The notes under the pieces: generated by a model
The model's input: only the letters and a program-made list of their open reading frames with translations
The model's database searches: none
What the model was told of the DNA's origin: nothing
In this document: positions 60,159-64,000 of the stretch, piece by piece
Layout of the letters: each line of letters begins with the position of its first letter
Numbering within the stretch: position 1 is the first letter of the stretch
Translations under genes and position numbers: made by a program
Assembly: GCF_048403405.1 (NCBI RefSeq)
Contig: NZ_CP183129.1
DNA: 64,000 nucleotides
Strand: one strand, 5' to 3'
DNA from: Escherichia coli
GTDB lineage: Bacteria > Pseudomonadota > Gammaproteobacteria > Enterobacterales > Enterobacteriaceae

Positions 60159-60659
60159 TTAATGCAGATATTGCTCTGGTTTTACCGACGTCAGAATTGT
60201 CGGTGCATACTCAAACAGACTGAATAATTCACGTAATGCACGGAATAAAGCATCACGCCAGTAACATGATTCTTCATTAATTCGCCAGTATGGCTGGTTA
60301 AATTCTTTTTCTGTCAGTCGTGCGTGCATAAATAAAGTGCGACGCTGACTGACTGTTAAAAAACTAATATATGCATACTCACTTGCGCCAACCTGACGGC
60401 GTTTTGAGAATGCCCCACGCAATTCATCAATTGCACAAACCAGCCGTTCACGTTCGACGTCGTTCATTTCTTCAAAACGCATCGTTGCGTGACGCTGTTT
60501 TAACTGCGCATGGAAGCAAACCGTTAGCCGTTCACGTTCCATCATCTGATTATAATAATCGCATGTCTCCTGCCAGCGAGGGACGGCCAGATGCTTACCA
60601 ATTATCCGGCGCATAGCTGCTGGCTGTTTTTCAACAAGATTGAGCGTCATCACTGTCAT
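60159..60659 (-). CDS. B: gpB, replication protein (DnaB helicase loader-like)
   Basis: 166-aa ORF MTVMTLNLVEKQPAAMRRIIGKHLAVPRWQETCDYYNQMMERERL... P2 B length and position. Confidence 0.88.
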   Translation of the reverse strand: MTVMTLNLVEKQPAAMRRIIGKHLAVPRWQETCDYYNQMMERERLTVCFHAQLKQRHATMRFEEMNDVERERLVCAIDELRGAFSKRRQVGASEYAYISFLTVSQRRTLFMHARLTEKEFNQPYWRINEESCYWRDALFRALRELFSLFEYAPTILTSVKPEQYLH

Positions 60660-60892
60660 TTCCAGACCCTCCGGCTTTTCAGAAAGGTCAGAGCCTTCTT
60701 TAACGGACTCTGTTTTTTGGTGCGGATAATGATTCCCTTACGCCCCTTACCGTGGGTAATGGTGAAGTCAATCGCCCTTGGGCTTTCGTTACGCAATAAC
60801 TGAGCAATACAACGAGGCTCGTTCATCCTTTCCACCTTAAGCCGCACGGCCATGTCTTGATTTGCTGTAACTAATGCGATTTTTCCAGTCAT
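60656..60892 (-). CDS. Small early protein between cox and B (P2 orf78 position), function unknown
   Basis: ORF 60656..60916 was trimmed to MTGKIALVTANQDMAVRLKVERMNEPR (78 aa). Its stop overlaps the B start (4 nt). The start is uncertain. Confidence 0.55.
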   Translation of the reverse strand: MTGKIALVTANQDMAVRLKVERMNEPRCIAQLLRNESPRAIDFTITHGKGRKGIIIRTKKQSPLKKALTFLKSRRVWK

Positions 60893-60896
60893 GCCA

Positions 60897-61193
60897 TTAT
60901 GTCGGAGCTTCATCAACTAGCTGGGCTGCGTACTTGTCCCACTCACGGCGATTAATCCATAACTCAGCATGACCGCCCGGCTTTAATGGGTCCGTCATAT
61001 AAAAGGCTGGTAACTTGCCTGCTTTCGCCATTTCAGCAACAGCGCGAGGCGTCTTACCGATGTAAAGAGCAAAACCCTCTTTCGAGAGCAAATCCGACGG
61101 TGCGGCTGCAAGTTTGATGTCACATTTTTTACTTTTTGTGAGATCAGATACTTTTTCTCCAACATCGTTATTCATTTCTGATCCAATACTCAT
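60897..61193 (-). CDS. cox: Cox-like excisionase / early-promoter regulator
   Basis: ORF 60897..61223 (TTG) was trimmed to ATG 61193 (MSIGSEMNN..., GAGGA 8 nt upstream; 98 aa). It is the first gene of the early operon, divergent from C. The segment FALYIGKTPRAVAEMAKAGKLPAFYMTDP is similar in pattern to the P2 Cox HTH region. Confidence 0.7.
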   Translation of the reverse strand: MSIGSEMNNDVGEKVSDLTKSKKCDIKLAAAPSDLLSKEGFALYIGKTPRAVAEMAKAGKLPAFYMTDPLKPGGHAELWINRREWDKYAAQLVDEAPT

Positions 61194-61297
61194 TTTGATA
61201 TCCTCAACTTTGGTGCCATTCAACCAGAGCTATTTGAAGCCGCTCTGCGTTGTTCTGGCGTGTCGCATACAACATAAATTACGAGATACGACAATTC

Positions 61298-61609
61298 ATG
61301 TCAAATACACAAATCACATCTCAAGCAGAGAAACTCGCACTTATTCGGGAATCAGAAAGAATGACAAGGAAGCAAGTTGCTGAATTAACTGGAATTAACT
61401 ACAACACCTATGCTGGATATGAGCAGGGAAAAGTAAAGATGTCTTTTGACGCAGGTATGAAATTTTTCAAGCCAGAAAGATTTCGCAAGTACCGTGACTG
61501 GTTCATGTTTGATGAAACTGATCCCGCTGGCGGACAAATAGCCCCGGCGCTCGCGCACATTGGGCAAGACTCAACAACCTTGCACCACTCAGACCAAAAG
61601 ACTGGCTGA
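61298..61609 (+). CDS. C: Immunity repressor C
   Basis: ORF 61250..61609 was trimmed to MSNTQITSQAEKLALIRESERMTRKQVAELTGINYNTYAGYEQGK (103 aa; HTH). The C-terminal GQIAPALAHIGQDSTTLHHSDQKTG is close to my memory of P2 C. It lies upstream of and co-oriented with int. Confidence 0.85.
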   Translation: MSNTQITSQAEKLALIRESERMTRKQVAELTGINYNTYAGYEQGKVKMSFDAGMKFFKPERFRKYRDWFMFDETDPAGGQIAPALAHIGQDSTTLHHSDQKTG

Positions 61610-61702
61610 CGATTTATTCAGCATATGTGTGCAGTAAATGTACGAAAGAAAATTGCATTAATTTTCAAGTAGTAGAAGTAAACAGCGTCATCGGAGGGCT
61701 TT

Positions 61703-62698
61703 ATGTCTATTAAAAAGCTCGATGATGGTCGTTATGAAGTGGACGTCAGACCGCAGGGTGCAGATGGAAAACGTATCAGGCGGAAATTTAAAACTAAAGG
61801 TGAAGCTCAAGCATTCGAACGTCATGTGCTGGTTAACTACCACAACAAAGAGTGGCTGGAGAAGCCAGCCGACCGCCGAACTCTTACAGAGTTGTTAGGC
61901 AGATGGTGGATATATCACGGAAAATCACATGAGCGTGGAAATATTGAACGGGGGCGTTTGACGACAATAATCGCCAAATTTGCAGAAATGGGGGTGTCCA
62001 GAGCTGACCAGTTAACAAAGAAAACGATAACTGATTATCGAGTTGTAATGATGAACGATGGTCTAAAACCAGCCAGCGTAAATCGGCATCTGGCAATAAT
62101 GAGCGGGATGTTCACCAAGTTAATTGACGCCGGTGAATACCACTCTCACAACCCGTTCCGTGAGGTTAAGCGGTTACGTGAAGCTGTTACAGAAATGGCT
62201 TTTTTGTCCAGTGAAGAGATTACGCGGCTGTTATCCATGCTTGATGGTGATGAGTTAAATGCAACTCTGGTCTGCCTTTCTACTGGTGGACGCTGGAGTG
62301 AAGTGTCTAATTTGAAAGCTGAACACATCATTAACCAGATGGTTACGTTTATGAAAACTAAAAACGGAAAGCGCAGGACAATTCCCGTTTCGCAGGACCT
62401 GATTAAAAGGATCAAGACCAAAAATTCAGGCAGGCTTTTTAATGCCAGTTACTACAAAGTGCGTAACGCTCTCAGGGAAGTAAAACCCGATTTACCTGAC
62501 GGACAAGCAGTACATGTTTTGAGGCATACATTTGCCACACATTTTATAATGAATGGAGGTAACATAATCACATTGCAGCGCATCCTGGGTCATTCTAACA
62601 TTCAGCAAACTATGACCTACGCACACTTTGCACCGGATTTCTTACAAGATGCTGTGACTCTTAACCCGGTGTCAGGAATGTCCATAATGCGTCCATAA
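61703..62698 (+). CDS. int: Tyrosine integrase (P2 Int family)
   Basis: 331-aa ORF MSIKKLDDGRYEVDVRPQGADGKRIRRKF... It has the catalytic signature GGRWSE...HVLRHTFATHF...TMTYAHF (R..HxxR..Y) and lies adjacent to the right junction. Confidence 0.93.
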   Translation: MSIKKLDDGRYEVDVRPQGADGKRIRRKFKTKGEAQAFERHVLVNYHNKEWLEKPADRRTLTELLGRWWIYHGKSHERGNIERGRLTTIIAKFAEMGVSRADQLTKKTITDYRVVMMNDGLKPASVNRHLAIMSGMFTKLIDAGEYHSHNPFREVKRLREAVTEMAFLSSEEITRLLSMLDGDELNATLVCLSTGGRWSEVSNLKAEHIINQMVTFMKTKNGKRRTIPVSQDLIKRIKTKNSGRLFNASYYKVRNALREVKPDLPDGQAVHVLRHTFATHFIMNGGNIITLQRILGHSNIQQTMTYAHFAPDFLQDAVTLNPVSGMSIMRP

Positions 62699-62729
62699 AC
62701 CAGAGTTAACTAGAGCCAATTGAAGCGAT

Positions 62730-63527
62730 ATGAGTAATTTAACTAATTGTAATACAACAGAAAATACCGCTACGGCGGGGGCTACCAAGTCAGTTATTGG
62801 TCGCATTCACTCCTTTGAATCCTGTGGAACCGTAGACGGCCCGGGTATTCGCTTTATCACCTTTTTCCAGGGCTGCCTGATGCGCTGCCTGTATTGTCAT
62901 AACCGCGACACCTGGGACACGCATGGCGGTAAAGAAGTTACCGTTGAAGATTTAATGAAAGAGGTGGTGACCTATCGCCACTTTATGAACGCTTCCGGCG
63001 GCGGCGTTACCGCATCCGGCGGTGAAGCAATCCTGCAAGCTGAGTTTGTTCGTGACTGGTTCCGCGCCTGCAAAAAAGAAGGCATTCATACCTGTCTGGA
63101 CACCAACGGTTTTGTTCGTCGTTACGATCCGGTGATTGATGAACTGCTGGAAGTAACCGACCTGGTAATGCTCGATCTCAAACAGATGAACGACGAGATC
63201 CACCAAAATCTGGTTGGAGTTTCAAACCACCGCACGCTGGAGTTCGCCAAATATCTGGCGAACAAAAATGTGAAGGTGTGGATCCGCTACGTTGTTGTCC
63301 CAGGCTGGTCTGACGATGACGATTCAGCGCATCGCCTCGGTGAATTTACCCGTGATATGGGCAACGTTGAGAAAATCGAGCTTCTCCCCTACCACGAACT
63401 TGGCAAACACAAATGGGTGGCGATGGGTGAAGAATACAAACTTGATGGTGTTAAACCACCGAAGAAAGAGACCATGGAACGCGTGAAAGGCATTCTTGAG
63501 CAGTACGGTCATAAGGTAATGTTCTAA
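62730..63527 (+). CDS. pflA: Pyruvate formate-lyase activating enzyme (radical SAM), with phage-derived start and 19-residue N-terminal extension
   Basis: From [38 protein letters not shown] onward the ORF is canonical PflA (native MSVIGRIH...). The native ATG is at the other junction (27164). The only upstream in-frame ATG is 62730, in phage DNA. Gene identity is high confidence; the actual start codon is uncertain. Confidence 0.85.
   Translation: MSNLTNCNTTENTATAGATKSVIGRIHSFESCGTVDGPGIRFITFFQGCLMRCLYCHNRDTWDTHGGKEVTVEDLMKEVVTYRHFMNASGGGVTASGGEAILQAEFVRDWFRACKKEGIHTCLDTNGFVRRYDPVIDELLEVTDLVMLDLKQMNDEIHQNLVGVSNHRTLEFAKYLANKNVKVWIRYVVVPGWSDDDDSAHRLGEFTRDMGNVEKIELLPYHELGKHKWVAMGEEYKLDGVKPPKKETMERVKGILEQYGHKVMF
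62789..62801. repeat. Prophage junction core, pflA-side copy (att core gtcagttattggt)
   Basis: Exact 13-bp repeat of 27166..27178. It is followed by native pflA codons (cgc att cac tcc...). Confidence 0.85.
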
Positions 63528-63537
63528 TTTCCCCGTA

Positions 63538-63568
63538 AAGCGGCAACTTTTTTGAGTTGCCGCTTTTT
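63538..63568 (+). terminator. pflA rho-independent terminator
   Basis: agcggcaact-tttttg-agttgccgct followed by tttttt, 11 nt after the pflA stop. Confidence 0.8.
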
Positions 63569-63736
63569 TATTCCGCTCTGCATAAATAATTCAGAGCTCT
63601 ATTTCTAACGCCCTTACAGCACAGCTTCCAAATGTATTACCCAAACCGCCAGTATATGTCCTGCGGCTTACGCGCATTTCTCGATTATGTAAAAACGGGT
63701 CAGATCTGCCAGAGTCAGCGTCACCGACCACAATAA

Positions 63737-64000
63737 TTATTTACCATTCGCTTTACGCGCCAGCAGCGGGAATATCAGTCCTAATCCTACCAACACAAAC
63801 GGCGTTGCAACATTCAGCGCCAACTGGAAGGTCCACTCTGCAGTGAAGGCTTCCATTTTCGGGAAAATACCAGTCAAACAGGCAAAGGCGGTAAAGGCAA
63901 AACACCAAATCCCGACGGTCATTGCCAGAGGCTTATTACGAATAAAGACATATTCTGGTTTATATTTCTGCGCCAGGCGAACGACTGCAATAAATGCAAC
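63737..64000 (-). CDS. C-terminal part of an inner-membrane transporter-like protein (5' part beyond the right edge)
   Basis: The minus-strand frame is open from the window edge to the stop at 63737: ...VAFIAVVRLAQKYKPEYVFIRNKPLAMTVGIWCFAFTAFACLTGIFPK...LIFPLLARKANGK, which is hydrophobic. It is possibly ycaM-like, but I cannot confirm that from memory. Confidence 0.6.
   Translation of the reverse strand, partial: VAFIAVVRLAQKYKPEYVFIRNKPLAMTVGIWCFAFTAFACLTGIFPKMEAFTAEWTFQLALNVATPFVLVGLGLIFPLLARKANGK

Larger units (their letters stand above)
27166..62801. mobile_element. Apparently complete P2-family (Peduovirus-like) temperate prophage, ~35.6 kb
   Basis: Full P2 gene order from ogr to int, a cos site, a tyrosine integrase next to one junction, and 13-bp direct repeats at both ends. 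Host sequence (pflB terminator/intergenic and the pflA body) resumes outside the repeats. Confidence 0.93.

Noticed and set aside
63569-64000. Apparent absence of ycaK/ycaN next to pflA (the neighbour here is a membrane transporter-like gene)
   Set aside because: My memory of the K-12 gene order downstream of pflA is not reliable enough, and only 264 nt of the neighbouring gene are visible. I cannot support a deletion or rearrangement claim without an alignment.

Overview
This window is Escherichia coli chromosome covering the mukFEB-to-pfl region. The host gene order is mukB (truncated) - mukE - mukF - cmoM - elyC - ycbJ - kdsB - ycaR - ycaQ - lpxK - msbA - ycaI - ihfB - rpsA - cmk - ycaL - aroA - serC - ycaP - ycaO - focA - pflB ... 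pflA - a truncated transporter gene. An apparently complete P2-family prophage of about 35.6 kb (27166..62801) sits between pflB and pflA. It is bounded by a 13-bp direct repeat (gtcagttattggt) that corresponds to codons 2-5 of pflA, so pflA now carries a phage-derived start codon and N-terminal extension. The prophage backbone is colinear with P2: ogr-D-U-T-E/E'-FII-FI ... G-H-I-J-W-V ... S-R-lysC/B/A-K-Y-X-L-M-N-O / P-Q ... cos ... A-orf83-82-81-80-B-cox / C-int. The proteins match my memory of P2 very closely, except for the immunity and integration module. Visibly AT-rich cargo sits at the loci known to be variable in P2-like phages. (1) Cargo lies on both sides of cos. A 55-aa ORF plus a 612-aa ORF lies between A and cos, at the tin/old position; the large ORF ends in an R-x4-H (HEPN-like) motif. 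A retron-like reverse transcriptase, translationally coupled to a 2-TM protein and preceded by a ~250-nt highly structured leader, lies between cos and Q. (2) At the Z/fun position between FI and G there are two convergent ORFs: a 368-aa HNH nuclease fused to a gpW/gp25-like C-terminal region, and a 333-aa ImmA/IrrE-like HExxH protein. (3) At the orf30 position between S and V there is a 3-TM protein. I consider these cargo modules the best candidates for undescribed anti-phage systems, especially the 55-aa/612-aa pair and the HNH-gpW-like / metallopeptidase pair. All functional calls for them are motif-level inference made without database searches.
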